In this document: piece by piece, positions 38,498 to 51,064 of the stretch
Layout: every line of letters starts with the position of its first letter
Position numbering within the stretch: the first letter of the stretch is position 1
NCBI GenBank assembly: GCA_964016885.1
Contig: OZ024743.1
Coordinates: 187,116,001-187,180,000, forward strand
DNA: 64,000 nt
Source: Eledone cirrhosa
Lineage: Eukaryota
Direction of reading: 5' to 3'
Notes under the pieces: generated by a model
What the model was told of the DNA's origin: nothing
What the model saw: only the letters and a program-made list of their open reading frames with translations
Database searches by the model: none
Position numbers and translations under genes: made by a program

Positions 38498-38681
38498 GGC
38501 GGTAGATTGGCAGTATCGGTAGAGGGTCGGACGCCATGCTTTCCAGCATAGTTACGTCCCTTTATGATCTGAGTTCAAATCCCGCCGAGGTTGACTTTGC
38601 CTTTCATCCTTACGGGGTCGATAAAATAAAGTACAAGTAATGCACTTGATAATTGTTGGCCTTGTGCCTAAACTAGAAACA
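38498..38681 (+). mobile_element. Full-length SINE with an 18-bp TSD
   Basis: ATTATTTATACAACTGAG at 38480-38497 and 38682-38699. Confidence 0.93.
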
Positions 38682-40742
38682 ATTATTTATACAACTGAGC
38701 AATATCTCTCAGTGGTCAAGTATATTTAACCATAGCCTCAGGTCAATCAAATTCTTGTGAATAAAATTAGGCTGACTAAAACTGTATGAAAATGCATCAG
38801 AGGAATTGTTCTCATTCTATTTCCTGTTTAAAACCATTACTTGTATCCTGGGTTCTTTTAGTGAATTTCACTCTGCTGCAAGCATCCAAGTCTAGTTCCC
38901 AGTTGGAGGAAAACTGCTTCCCTACCAATCTCAAGTGCTTATTTTCCTGCTTACAAAGCCATTAAAAAATTAAAGTAAAAGGTTTCTGTATTCCCTTACA
39001 AAACTTTATACTTCTATTATATCAACAGAAATATTAAAAAAAGGCAATAAATGTTGGAAGAAAGTAAATTCAATTAGATCAACTTTCTGGTATTTATTTT
39101 ATTTATCTTAGAAGAATGAAAAGAAAAGTAGACTATGGCAGGTTTTAAACCTAGAACATAAAGAGGCATAATTAAATACTGCAAGATATATATTTCCAGC
39201 ACTCTACTGATTCTGCCAATCTATATTAATACTGATTTTGTTTGATCTGCTAAAGGAGATAACTTAGTGTTTCACTGATGAGAAAGAAGTTGCAAACAGT
39301 ATCTATTTAATATCCAAATTTTGTTAATGCATTTTAAAATATGCTCATCATTTCAATAAAGTTTATTCATCATCATCACCATTTAACATCTAGTTTCCAT
39401 GTTTGCATGGGCTTTGACAGGTTGTCATGTTTTACAGCTAGACTGGTCAGACGAAAACGTTTCACTTTTGTCTGGTTTAGATTGCTGGATGCTCTTCCTA
39501 ACACAAGCACTTTACGGAATGTACTGGAAACATTTTATTCTGACCAACACTACCACCTTACAGTGCATGTGATTTTGTTGTAGAACAAGCACTACCAGTT
39601 TAAAGAGTGACTTGGTACTTTTGTGTTATTAAATAATTGAGAGAATAAGTCTTAGAAAAAATACTACAGTCTGAACCAATTATGGTAAACACTGATGAAA
39701 TTAAAATACAATGAACTGAATAATGATAGTACCAGCTTAAATTTGCAATAAGAATTGTAAATCTTTTTTGTTGGTATATAACATTTGGAACGTAAATTTT
39801 TATTTCCAATGTATCATGAAATATTGAATTATAGAAAGGCTAAATAGTAATTCTGTGACAATTGTTCAGTATATAGGCATGGATATTGCATTTCTTCAGA
39901 GATTGTGAGGGAGTTTAGAAGAACTATTTATTCTGTGTTTCTTAGCCTATCTAGCATTTCTTCTAAATGTTTAGTTTAATACATTTATGTATTCCCAAGA
40001 TTTAGAATACAAAAGTATTCATTGTTGTTATTTAGCTCCAAGCAAGCTGTGATTGAGTTGATCTATGACCAAAAGCATTTCATCTGTAATTATTCCTACC
40101 CATTTTCTTGTATATCTAGAACTATGTTATCTACTACATCCATATTTATCTTCAGGTGGAAGCATTTAGCTGATATTTTTTTGCTGGCCAAATTACAATA
40201 TAGAGGCTCTCATATGAATTTATAATGTGACAGACAGTTTTATAGCGATACCTATTAAATCTTAATTCTATATAAGTTTTTCTTCCATTAATGTTCTTAT
40301 AATACAAGCCCCGTATGTGTATTAAATGTTAGATATATTTTTCTGGGCTTTTATAAATATAGATTTCTTTTCTTATATATTCTCTAACCGATCTTTTATA
40401 TTAATACCTTTTGTATTAGGTTTTTATAGCAGGTATGATTTAGAACAAATAATGAATACAAAGCCAATAACTCTTGGCAATAATCTATGTTGGAAATGAT
40501 AAAATCAAGTTCATCAATATACTGACTTCTCAATAAAGCTAGAAGCTGGGAGAATGATGACTCCACACTTTTTATATTTTACTGTTGTCAAAGTTTCAAA
40601 CATATGTATTCCATTTATCACCTAAGTTCCAAATTGAAAATATGAATTCTAACTCACAGAAGAACAGTGGTATCAGCTCCATTGGAATTTTTTACATCAG
40701 TTTAACAGAAAAGAATAAAATAAAAAAATATTAGCTGGAAAT

Positions 40743-40955
40743 TATGGTTGCTGATATAGGCACAAGACCAACAATTTTAGAGTGGGGAAACGTCGATTAA
40801 ATTGACCCCCAGTGATTGACTGGTTTTATCAAACCCATAAAAATAAAACGCAAAGCTAGCCTTAACAGGATTTGAACTTAGAACAAAAAGAGCCATAACT
40901 ATATGCCTCAAAGCATGTTGTTTTGATGCTTTATGAATACTGTCAATTCACCACA
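40743..40955 (-). mobile_element. Diverged SINE with TSD
   Basis: Degenerate core. TTAGCTGGAAAT on both flanks. Confidence 0.7.
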
Positions 40956-43900
40956 CTTTTTAGCTGGAAATAATGCTTCATTTTTATACTTTATTAATTT
41001 TAAAACGATACTTTTCATACACTGCTGTAATTTTCTCTTTAGTTAGTTAATATTATAATTAAATCAATAAATTTAGATATTATTCATATATTTATCTGTG
41101 TTTAATAAATTCTGTTAAAGATTTTAGTATCAATGTCTCAGCTCCAAATTGTTTCATCACTGACAGAACTACAACTTTTACTTTTCCTCCTTTTCCTAAT
41201 TTTATTATATCACAGCAAAAGTTTGGCATTTCATTTATGAGCATTATTGCTACTTCATGTCTAAATTTGAACAGCCAAAATAACAGCAAATAACTTTTAA
41301 TTGATCAATTTTCACTTCAAACTCAGTTGATATGAAATAAATTTACTTTGGAGAAATTATTTGGTTTTAATTTGAAAATACTAACATTATTATGGCAAAT
41401 ATTCATCTGTCTAATTTCAATGATTTAATTTAATGTCTATTTTGCTGATTTCTTCTGATTTGTAATTTTTAGCTTTTATGGGAAATGGCAGGTTTTAAAG
41501 AGATGTTTCAAACACAAATCATAAAAATTTAGAAAATGTATTCTGTGATTTATAAACACATCTCATTAGTAATGTTACTAAGATATTGAAATTCATGAGT
41601 TATGAATACAAACTTTTCCCATAAGTATATTCTAAAAAGATTGGTTTCAATAAGTATGATTTAAATTTAGTTATATTTATAATATCTTTGGCATTATATT
41701 TTGAAAGTTCTCTCCTTTTCTTCATATTTATATGTGTGTTAATCATAATAATATCAAACTTATATTTTACTTTTGCATAATTGCCTCTTTATATGAAGTA
41801 AACATCTGTTTATTATATCATAATTTTGACAAATAAAAAATATTAATTTTGATTCAAGCACATCTAGATCTGTTTGAAGATTTGCTCTTCTGAATGTATA
41901 TTAATTGCTTATATAGATTTTATTTACTATATTTAACATATTACTAACTATAACTTAGCAATAACGAACTTGAAACTCATAGTTTCTATTAGAGAGTTTG
42001 CTGATACATGTCCAGTCTCTAATAAGACCATTATGCACTGTCCACTATGAATGAATAATTCAAGATACTGATTCCAATATATATAAATCAGGATGGATTC
42101 AGTTTGAAACTGGTTAGACTATTAATCAACAGAGCACTTGATACTTGGAGTAGTAGAGTATGGTTATATTATAAAGATTCAGGACCCAATGGCTGAGCTC
42201 TAAAGACAAAAGAGGAATACCATGAAAAAATTGCCCTAAAGCAGGGAGAAATGAGGCAAAATTGGGGAGATTTTACATAATGAAAGCTATATCCATTTTC
42301 ATAAGAGAAGATATCCTCACCCACCCCAAAGTGGGTGGGAGATCTCCCCTTCGGATGGGAGAGTTGACAGGTCTGACATGAGTCAGAGTGATCATGTTAG
42401 TTTAGTTGATGAAATGTGTTGGTTTATTAATTAGTAATGTTTGTTTAGATAAATAAGTGGTGTTAGTATCATTAATTGATAGTGTTAGTGTAGTGTTAGT
42501 ATTACGAGTCATATTTAATAAGTGTTTTTTTTAATTTACTCTGTATGTTATTTTAGTTAATTGGTCCTGTTAGTATGATTAATTGTTCATGTTAATATAA
42601 TTAGTTTTATCAATTGTGATTAGTTGTATTAGAATTTTTTAAAATATCTAGTCATGATAATTTACTATAATTAGTTAATAGAGTAAGTATAGTTAATTGC
42701 GTTTATGTATCTATGGTCATGTTGGTACAATTAGTTGTATTACTGAGTGTGTTTGTGTATCTATATGCTTGTGTGAGTTGGTGTATTGAAAGTAGTCATA
42801 TGGTGTATGCAAACCTCCCCACCAGCTTACAGCTAGTTTAGCTAATATAGATGGCCTTGCTTAGCATGCATCAAAGCCTGTAGACAAAGCTCATGGATGT
42901 GCAATGAAAGGAGTCCCTTGCTAGGAAGGAGTGGCCATTGGCACCAGTGAGAGTGGAGATGTTGGTGATGTGTGTGTGTTGTCATCATCGTTTACCATTC
43001 TATTTTGTTTTTGCTAGCAATGGTTGGTCATATCACAGACAGGTCAGTACTTAAGTGGGGCTTCTGAATCCTAGGTGAGTCAGTAGTCTGACATAAAATA
43101 CAGTGCTCATATATTATCATGCAGCTGAAGAGTTTTCTTAAGCATTTGTTTAGCAGGTTTTCTATAGCTGGATGCCCTTCTCATCACCAAATACTTTACA
43201 GAATGTAGTGGAGAATCATTTAACATGTAGATCACCAACAGTAGGGAGGTTGCCACGACTATGGCACAGCTGAAAAGTCTTCCCTACCCTTTATTTGGCA
43301 AGTTTTTAATGGCTGGATTCCTTTCCTCTCAGCAACTACTACTGTGTGCCTTTATCATGTAGCTCCCCAACATTAGAGAGGTTGTCATGCCTCTGACACA
43401 ACTAAAAAATATTCTCAACCCTTTTGGCATGGTTTTGACAGTGGGATGTCCTCTCTATTATCAAACACCATACAGGGTGTTCTGGGTGCATTTATCATTA
43501 CACCAGCAGATGGAGGGGAAACCACCATCAGTATGGAAGGTACTGTGGTGATAACAGCTACTAGGTGGCTATGACATTATTTTTTCAGTCATTAAGGTTC
43601 CAGGATACATAAGTATATGAGAAATGAGTTTTGGCAAAAGGGGTTGTATATATGAGGTACATATAAGTTGCTATGCAAATTCACACTTTTAGAGTAAATG
43701 GATATGGTTCTAATCTTTTAGAGATGATGGTGGTATTTGACTGCTACATATAGCTTGTGGTTTAGAGGATAAGATGTTTATACCTTTCATTTAGACGTAA
43801 AATGATGTACTGTAAAAGAGTTCAAAATGCTACATTCAATCTAAATAGATTGATAAGGGACATTTTTAATTCTGGCAAATTCTAAAATATATCAATTCAA

Positions 43901-45138
43901 ATGTGAAACACTAAATATTCACCTTTTGTAGTCAAACTACGATAGCATTGAATCAACAACATATCCAATTTAATATTCTGACAGCTACAAATTTAAAGAA
44001 AAAATTGGTAATTTAAGACTACTTTTTATTTTGCCATTTCAATTTAATATTATTAAAATGTATATAAATGACAAACTATTTACTTTATTGAAAAAAGAAA
44101 TCAATTTGTAAATTTAAACCTTATATAGTGAATCATTGCAACATATTTTTGGATCTGATTTATATGAAAAAGAATATATATGATATATATGAGGAAATGT
44201 GATTCTAGAACACAATCGTGTATAAGATATAGAACTTCCTATAAAAAATACATTAAAAAAATAATTTCGATTAAAGTCTCTAAAAACGGTAAAATATGTT
44301 CTGTGAATGAACATTTGAAACTGATATGGCACAGGAATAATGTAACTGCAAAAAAAGTTAGTTTCACAAAATTTTGGTTAATCATGTAGAGAGAATTGTT
44401 TCATCAAATTAAATAGCTGAATGGGATTTCTTAAAAGATCAGCATTTGACGAGGCAATATTACCAAAATACTTTAGATATGAACGTTTTCAATTTAATAT
44501 ATCTGTATAAAAATCCATTTCAGTTATTTATATCTTTCAATTTCTTTTTTTTTTAAAATCTTGGGGAAGATATTTCTCTCTGATTAAAAGAAAACAGTAG
44601 GTAGGGATGTAAACTATAATGTTACATAACATTTAATTTTCACTTACTTTTGCTCTAACAATTTGTGGAATAACTAAGTCTGTTACATATTTCCAATTTT
44701 TATAGATAAGATATATAAAAGGAAGGAAAATTAACTATATGAATGTAAAATCATTTTTCTTAAAAAGAACACTATTGGAAATATTAATACTACTCTATAA
44801 CAGTGACAATATTCTATCCTAAAAGTGATGTAAAATTGGTAAAGATGGTGCTGATTACTGTCCTTCTAAGATTTAGTTATTGATTTTACCTTACAAATTT
44901 TGATCACACTGATATGCACTTGTCACTTTTCCACTGACTGACTCCTACTACTGGTATTTCACACAATAAAGAACAGCTCATAAGAACATGTCTTTCTGAT
45001 TTTCTCCTTGTTTGATAAAGGGGTTCTAACCACTAAATATAATGAAATATAAGGTAAAAGCTTCTTATTTTAATCTTTTTTCCCCATTGTATTTCTTATT
45101 TCCATTTCCCAAAACTATCTTCCCCACCTCCATATATA

Positions 45139-46566
45139 TAACGAAGTAAATGTGGAAAGGAACCAGATGGACCATAACGCACCAAAGTACTCAATACTTA
45201 GGGTAGTAGAGTGGGTAATAGGAACAAGTATGACCCCGACGGCAGAGCTCAAGCCGTTTCGACGGCTAATTCTGGACTAAATAAGAATTTTTAGCCTGGT
45301 AAATAAATAGCCGAACTTCTCAGGGGGTAATTCCTTATATGGGAAGATAGTAATTGTCAAAAGGATTGGTCAAAAATTTGTTGTAAAGGATCAACTCCTA
45401 AACAAGAAAGACGAAATGGTAACTGCATGCAAACACAGATTGCATAGAACTTACCTCGCCCTCAAACCCCATAATAACCCAGGAGAGGGGGGGGGGGGGG
45501 TAGTAGACAAGGGCTGAAACACCCCACTTGCCGATTTTGTAAGGGGTAATCCCTGCTTACAAAGGTAGACGTAACTTTTAAAAATCTTTTCCTCTATATT
45601 TCCTTCTCCCCCACCCCCATCTCTTCCTAGTCCTTCCACCCAAGATCTCCTTCCTTGTCTCTTTTATTCACCTTTTCACCTACCCCGATGCAGCCCATCG
45701 GTCCTCTGTAGCCTCAGTACCCCCTAATTTTAAGATAGAATTGGCCGATTACGCTTTTTATAGCAGATGTGTTAGACCCCAGTAAATTGTTTTCTTTCTG
45801 GTTGCTGCTCCATTTCTGTGGTTTCTAAATTTCTTAGTGGTATTTTTGTATTAGTACTCTTGTATTAGTATTTCTGTATTAGTATTCTGAATTAATATTT
45901 CGTATTAGTATTTTTGTAGTAGTATTTTAGCATTTTTGTCCTCAACTTATTAACCTGTCATTGTAAGATAGCATTGGCTGATTACTACTAACTATAGCAG
46001 TGGTGTTAGACCCCCTGTAAAGCCGGCTTTATAAAATTCTTTCACTACAATCTCGTATTTAGTATTTTTCTCCACCTATTAAACTTTCCTATAGCTTAGA
46101 AATACCAATGAGAGATTTGGTGATTGTAGAAATGGAGTAGTAACCAGAAATTGTTTTTATATATTTATTTCCTTATTTTTATAATGTTTTTTTTTGTTTA
46201 CTCCCTTTCGATTTACCTATTCTTTCACCCCCCTCCCCTTCTCCAGTACACTTCTTTCGACCTTCTGTACACTATCCTTAGAATCTGGTGTATAGATTTC
46301 ACTTTCAATGCTTGACTGGGTTTCCCCCACTCCCTCTTTGTTCTACCGGCAAGTTCAGCTACCCCTACCTCCCACCAAATGCCATGATAGAATCATCTGT
46401 CTTTACAACAAATTTTTGACCAATCCTTTTGACAATTACTATCTTCCCATATAAGGAATTACCCCCTGAGAAGTTCGGCTATTTATTTACCAGGCTAAAA
46501 ATTCTTATTTAGCCCAGAATTAGCTGTCGAAACAGCTTGAGCTCTGCCGCCAGGGTCATACTTGTT

Positions 46567-46571
<5 letters not shown>
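45139..46571. mobile_element. Fold-back PLE: long plus-strand copy (45386-46571) fused to a short inverted copy with a 79-nt tail
   Basis: 171-bp arms at 45218-45388 and 46401-46571. The plus copy begins KDQLLNKKDEMVTACKHR, the LNKxxE..CxHR end motif of Penelope GIY-YIG. TA repeats on both sides. Confidence 0.9.
45233..45328 (-). ncRNA. Hammerhead ribozyme variant (core CTGAGAAG)
   Basis: ACCCC-CTGAGAA-G..CGGCTA..TAGCCG.C-GAAA-CGGC..GCCG-TC-GGGGT. All three stems pair. Confidence 0.75.
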
Positions 46572-46619
<48 letters not shown>

Positions 46620-46900
46620 TACAGATGATTGGAAAGTTCTTGGTGAATGCCATCTCCAACTATGCTCTCCAGGCATGTCAGAGTGTTGAGGAAATGGATA
46701 AGATATCGTGTGTAATAGAGAAGCTAATGGAGAACACGAAAGACAAGAAAGTCTCCGTGGTAATAAGGGGTTTGGATTTTTATGTGGGAAGGAGTAAAGA
46801 TGGTTTTGAATTAGTCTATGGAGTCTACACATATAGTAAGAGGAATGAAAAGGGTCATATTTAACTGCTGATACCTGATGCTACAAAAGCAAGACAGAAG
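46620..46900 (+). pseudogene. Degenerate RTE AP-endonuclease fragment
   Basis: VNAISNYALQ..EEMDK..VVIRGLDFYVGRSKDGFELVYG..RNEKG, resembling ISAYVPQ..AGDLNGHVG..GYDEIHGGYGFGIRNEEG in 61985-62923. Confidence 0.7.
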
Positions 46901-47096
46901 AAAGCATAGGTAATCCTAGGCAAGGAGGTTGTTAAATGACCCCACCTAGTTGACTGGGACTTGAAAGGGAAAAGTCAGACAAAAGCTCACTAGATGAAAC
47001 GCCAGCCAGGGAAGTTGAAAAATATTACAGTGAGGGAGGTTCTAAGTTTCTAAGAGAAAAATTGATCTTCAAAATGCTTTGCAGTCATATATATAT

Positions 47097-47690
47097 TTGT
47101 CTCTATTTTGTATTCCTGAAGAAGGGCTTAAGCCTGACACATCGAACGTTCTTTCCTCTTTCCAATATAAAGTGTGAAACTAATAAGACTTTTTGTACCT
47201 CTGTTTTTTGTCTCCTTGAACTATATATATATAGTTCAAAAAGTCTTATTAGTTTCACGCTTTATATTGGAAAGAGGAAAGAATGTTTGATGTGTCAGGC
47301 TTAAGCCCTTCTTTAGGAATACAAAATAGAGACAAGATCACAAAATAGACACAGAAAAAAGACAAGAAAATCGAAAATGAAGAGTGAGGCATGGTGGAAA
47401 AAAGGGGGAATGATTGAGCAAAACAAGAAAGCTGACACAAACAAGTTAGGCATAAAAACAAAGAGAGAGAGAGAGAGAGAAAAGATAGAAAAGAAGCTTG
47501 CAGGTGATTAGTGCAATATTCGATGTCCGTGGGTAATTTGCTGACTGGACAGGATGGTAAAATAGAGCAGTCATAAGGCGTAAGCAAATAGCTGATTGAA
47601 ATGCAAAGATTGCCACATAAGCATGGAAAATATAGTTCAAGGAGACAACAGAGATAGAAAAAGTTTTATTAGTTTCATGCTTTATATATA
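47097..47690. mobile_element. Cluster of three PLE-like 3' ends, two of them tail-to-tail across (TA)n
   Basis: 47097-47222 (+) is inverted against 47233-47335 (-). A third end lies at 47630-47685. CTGAAGAAGGGCTTAAGCCTGACAC is a degenerate hammerhead. Confidence 0.7.
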
Positions 47691-48074
47691 TATATTTATA
47701 TTTATATGTGTATATATTATGTACATGTGTGTGTATATATACAACCGTATATATTTCAGTCATTGAAGCATTGAAACATGGTCACTGCTGGAACACCTTT
47801 CGATCTTATGTTTACATGTTCAGAAGTGACATGGGTTTAAGCAACAACTATAACAACTTGCTCACAACATCAATATCACTGATGATATTTCCATCACCAT
47901 TAGCAACAATAATGACGATGATAATACTGATTGAATGAATAAATGCATTAATTAAAATATCTCACCTTAAAACTTTTCCCTGCATTAATTTTTGCTGGTG
48001 GATTGTTATCAGAAGCTGAGAAAATTTTGAAATAAAAAATAAAACTAGGGTAATTAAAAAACAAGAAAATTATG

Positions 48075-48370
48075 TAATTCATTAAGTACTCTGTAATTCA
48101 TGAATATTAAAAGTTGCTTTAATTGTTCTTTCACCGTGGCTTTTAGCTGTAATTAATTCTCTCTCTTTATCAATAGTCACATCTTAACATCTCACATATG
48201 AATATTCACATTTGTAGTGTAGTTTTCAATGTTTGATAAATATTGCTGCTGAAATCTGCGGTATTCATTAAGTACTCTGCAATCCATGAATATTTACAGT
48301 GGTTTGATTTGTTCTTCCCCAAGAACTTCAGCTTTTAATTGATTTTCCCTCTTTATCATTAGTCACATCT
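48075..48370. repeat. Old ~185-bp-period direct duplication
   Basis: ATTCATTAAGTACTCTG..CATGAATATT..CTCTTTATCA.TAGTCACATCTT occurs twice. Confidence 0.75.
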
Positions 48371-50308
48371 TCATTCCATACATTTATTCCACTCCATGCC
48401 TATGGCGCATGAAACATTTTCAAGGGATTTCTATTTAACTTTATCCTTTGTCATTCTGAGGGTTGTCTCAAAGAACAACCCCCTATATTTCTGCTCTTTA
48501 TGTATGGTTTGGTATTACATAACTTTTGTTCTATCTCATTTTCTATTAACACCCAGTAAAAACTGTTTTCAGTAGCAGGCTGGAAGTCATGTGACGAATA
48601 TGTCCAAACCACTTCTATCATTCCACCAACATACCTGTATTGCATACTCAGCATTTCTATACTACAGTATAAGGGCTCATTTGTGAATGTGTTTGGCCAG
48701 AATTCACTTCAGGTAGATATTAGTCACTATGTAGAATGTTTTTCTTGTTCATGAATGTTTACTGGCATTTCATACTATGTTTCTGCTCATATAGTCATCT
48801 TTATAAAGACAATATTTGTCTCCACTATCATCACTATTGTTTTTGTCATCATTTCAACATCCATTTTCCCATGTTGGTATCAATGTTTAAAATTATTTAT
48901 GACAACATCTGGTGCTACTCTGTTTATAGCTGGTTAGAAAGCTTTAACTTGCATGCTGTATATTTAAACAGAAAGCTATCTTTTTGAATCTCACAAGATG
49001 ATGTATAGAACTAATTCCAGAGAATAAAACTACTCATGTGATCAGATTTGAACTTACATTGCTATACTTTCTGCTACAATAAGAAGAAGGAATCATCCAA
49101 TTAAAGTCAGTCTCAAGGCATTTCCATTATATTCACATCATTTCATTCATCCATTATATTCTCTTAATGCTAACTTCAGTGGGGTTTCCATTCATCAAAT
49201 CATTTCTCACATACCTACCCTGTCTTTGTATTGAAGCAGTATTTTTTCTTTGGTAGTGTCCAGTGATTCTATAGCTGCAGTTAGGTCAGTATAGGTTTGG
49301 TTTACTTTAAAAAGCCAAAAGAAATTTCAGTATTAAGCAGCTAGTAATCCATTATATCAGTGAATTGGCAGAATCATTAGAAAGTTGGATAGAAAGATTT
49401 GAGGTATTCATTACAGCTCTCTGCGCTCTGAGGTCAAATCATGCATAGGTCAACTTTACTTTTCATCCTTTTGAGGTCGATAAAAAAAGTACCAGTGTAG
49501 TACTGGAGGTGATTCTTCCTTTATATCTCTTTCTCACTCTCTTTCTTTGGAATGAATCGGCTGCATTCAAACTTGGAGAGGAGATAGGCTCCGTCAGGTT
49601 TAAAATGCTCAAGAAATGTCAATTGTCATAAAGTTGCTTGACAACACCATGAGGAGTTACAGGTACATACATACAGCCCATTATAGCCTGCAAAGCAAAC
49701 TACTCATGCACACATTTTCCTTCATATACCATAATCATTGTTTTACATCTGTTTCTCCATGCTTGCATGGACTGGACAGGTCATTTCCAGCACTCTAACC
49801 TTTGATATGCTGCTGTCTTTCATCATCTCCATTGTGACCTTCAGTGAGTTCAGATCATCTCTCAAAACCTTTACCCATACCTTCCTTGGCCATACCTACT
49901 GCAGTCTCATTCCACTGGACTTTCCTTGCACTTCTTCAGTCAGTGATAAAAATTCTTTTACATCACATATCCAACCAAGGCAGTATTCTCTCCTGCATAC
50001 TATATTTGATACCTCTTATACCTAGCATTTCTCTCAGCTCTTTCACACATATTAACATTACACATACACATTTTTTAAAAAATGGAGTGATAGGTGAATA
50101 TATAAATACTGAGCAACCACTGGCCCACAGTCTGACTGCAACTAATATCTGTTTTTTTTGCTCAAAATAGTTTAGTCTCTGCTTTCTGAATTTATCAACT
50201 TACATTTAAACACACCTAAAACATCAATTGCCCTTCCCCCTTATTTCTTTAGTTCTCTGGAGTTCTACTGTTCAAGGTTTAGCATAAATCACCAGTCATG
50301 GTAAGATT

Positions 50309-50416
50309 GAAAGTAAAGGTTCTACTGTGAGTTTGGCGATTTTAGGTAGTTACCTCTTCTGAATTGAAGTGGCAACTAGTCAAAACCGCTAAGCTCATGG
50401 TAGATCCTCTACTTTC
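50309..50416. repeat. Imperfect 108-nt hairpin
   Basis: GAAAGTA..TGTGAGTTTGGCG..TAGTTACC / GGCAACTA..CGCTAAGCTCATG..TACTTTC. Confidence 0.8.
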
Positions 50417-51064
50417 TTATCATGTATTGAGTACTTCTTTGATTTGTGGTCTACCTGGTCCCAGTACTGCATTATCTATCATTCGATGTTCAGAGAATGG
50501 GATTGGCCCCGTGAAAGCCTTTCCTCACTTAAAAAAAGCTTCAAGCACAGACATCACTTGATATGCAACATTTTTTTGTGATGCATGGTATTACTTAGCA
50601 GGACTAAAAAGTCACGTCCATGATGCTCATGCATAAGTATCAAGCAATGGCATTACTTGAAATTGAGTTTCAGCTATCATCATATGTCAGCTATCATCAT
50701 AAAGAAAAATGATTCAGTACTAAATTAGAGATACTAGCATTGGTACTAGCAGTGGTACCCAGCATTGCACGTGATAAGGTATTTTGGAACACGGGCTGCC
50801 AACAGACGTAATCGTGGAAAAAACTGCATGTCTGGACAATATGTAAAGAAAATAAGCCAAATACTCTGATGGCTGGATAATCTTTAAGATTTTCCTGATG
50901 AAGCAGGAAAAATGCAAGTTTTCACCTAATGCTCATGGGCTCAATGCAAGTGGGCCAGAGGGGGCCCATGGTAGCATTGCAAGAGCCCACAGTAGCATTG
51001 TAGGGCCCTCTGTAGTATTTTAGGGGCCAATGCGCCACTATATATGTATAGATAGATAGATAGA

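Noticed and set aside
35100-45100. Host gene exons in the long AT-rich stretch
   Set aside because: Only short ORFs with no recognisable domain. Small exons cannot be excluded without transcript data.
50890-50912. TTTTCCTGATGAAGCAGGAAAA as a hammerhead
   Set aside because: There is no stem II, III or I arrangement, only a simple 8-bp hairpin.
50750-51040. hAT-like MITE (CAGTGG..GCGCCACTA, ~20-bp internal repeats)
   Set aside because: The terminal repeat match is weak and no TSD was found.
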